A stretch of DNA of 64,000 nucleotides from Antedon mediterranea (Eukaryota; Animalia; Echinodermata). The notes below the pieces were generated by a model. The model saw only the letters and a program-made list of their open reading frames with translations, was not told the origin of the DNA and ran no database searches. Shown here one piece after another: positions 62,840-64,000 of this stretch. A program made the position numbers and the translations under genes. How positions within the stretch are numbered: the first letter of the stretch is position 1; each line of letters opens with the position of its first letter. Where the stretch lies: the NCBI RefSeq assembly GCF_964355755.1, contig NC_092673.1:35647648-35711647 (forward strand), read 5' to 3'.

Positions 62840-63731
62840 CGACCACAGTATACGACCAGCAGTGCATGCACACAGCGTACAATCAGTACAACGTACACGC
62901 AGTATACGACCAGCAGTGCAGCTGCACACAGCGTACAATCAGTACAACGTACACGCAATATACGACCAGCAGTGCATGCACACAGCGTACAATCAGTACA
63001 CGCAGTATACGACCAGCAGTGCAGCATGCACACAGCGTACAATCAGTACACGCAGTATACGACCAGCAGTGCATGCACACAGCGTACAATCAGTACAACG
63101 TACACGCAGTATACGACCAGCAGTGCAGCATGCACACAGCGTACACTCAGTAAAACGTACACGCAGTATACGACCAGCAGTGCAGCATGCACACAGCGTA
63201 CAATCAGTACAACGTACACGCAGTATACGACCAGCAGTGCATGCACACAGCGTACAATCAGTACACGCAGTATACGACCAGCAGTGCATGCACACAGCGT
63301 ACAATCAGTACAACGTACACGCAGTATACGACCAGCAGTGCATGCACACAGCGTACACTCAGTACAACGTACACGCAGTATACGACCAGCAGTGCATGCA
63401 CACAGCGTACAATCAGTACAACGTACACGCAGTATACGACCAGCAGTGCATGCACACAGCGTACACTCAGTACAACGTACACGCAGTATACGACCAGCAG
63501 TGCAGCATGCACACAGCGTACAATCAGTACAACGTACACGCAGTATACGACCAGCAGTGCAGCATGCACACAGCGTACACTCAGTACAACGTACACGCAG
63601 TATACGACCAGCAGTGCATGCACACAGCGTACACTCAGTACAACGTACACGCAGTATACGACCAGCAGTGCATGCACACAGCGTACAATCAGTACAACGT
63701 ACACGCAGTATACGACCAGCAGTGCAGCATG
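62840..63731. repeat. ~54-bp minisatellite (47-57-bp variants), ~16-17 copies
   Basis: Unit cgcagtatacgaccagcagtgcatgcacacagcgtacaatcagtacaacgtaca, with +gca and -aacgtac variants. Confidence 0.96.
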
Positions 63732-64000
63732 TTACCGTAGGCGTCCATCATAAATAAATTACAAATTTTGTAGATACTGATGTTCCTTTATTTATTCTCT
63801 GAACTATCTCTTGTATCTCTACAAATTACAGTATCATTAGCAACTTGAATAAACACCGTGAAAACTATAATAAAACAAAGATTAGCATTACAATGTAGGC
63901 CTAATCATATCATCATCGTACAGGCAGACAAGCACAGGTCTGACTCATGGGGCCGGGGAACATGGTACCCTAAGGCCTAGGGCTAGCTCTCAGCAATGAA

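Noticed and set aside
62836-63757. Many overlapping long ORFs on both strands
   Set aside because: They come from a stop-free 54-bp minisatellite whose 7-bp indels switch frames freely.

Overview
AT-rich, intron-rich animal genomic DNA, probably a marine invertebrate deuterostome such as an echinoderm (inference; not verifiable here). All gene models below were assembled by eye from GT-AG junctions and reading-frame phase. In window order: (1) a minus-strand death-fold adaptor gene running off the left edge (DED-DED / two TRADD-N-like repeats / micro-exon linker / DED-DED); (2) directly upstream on the same strand, a complete RIG-I-like receptor (2xCARD, DECH helicase, Zn-binding CTD); both genes have NF-kB-type motif clusters at their 5' ends; (3) FAM184A; (4) head-to-head with it, a three-exon gene joining a Crypton/DUF3504 tyrosine-recombinase-like domain to a piggyBac-type Cys-rich zinc finger; (5) an intronless RGG-rich orphan; (6) two tandem SLC36-like amino-acid transporters, the second frameshifted; (7) a cationic ORF with a signal-peptide-like start. 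Introns contain many Harbinger-type MITEs, an Academ-like foldback element, Helentron-like elements and minisatellites. Several tandem repeats are amplified copies of gene punctuation signals: a splice acceptor plus exon start (~50 copies), a splice donor (5 copies) and the last codons plus stop of the RLR (8 copies).
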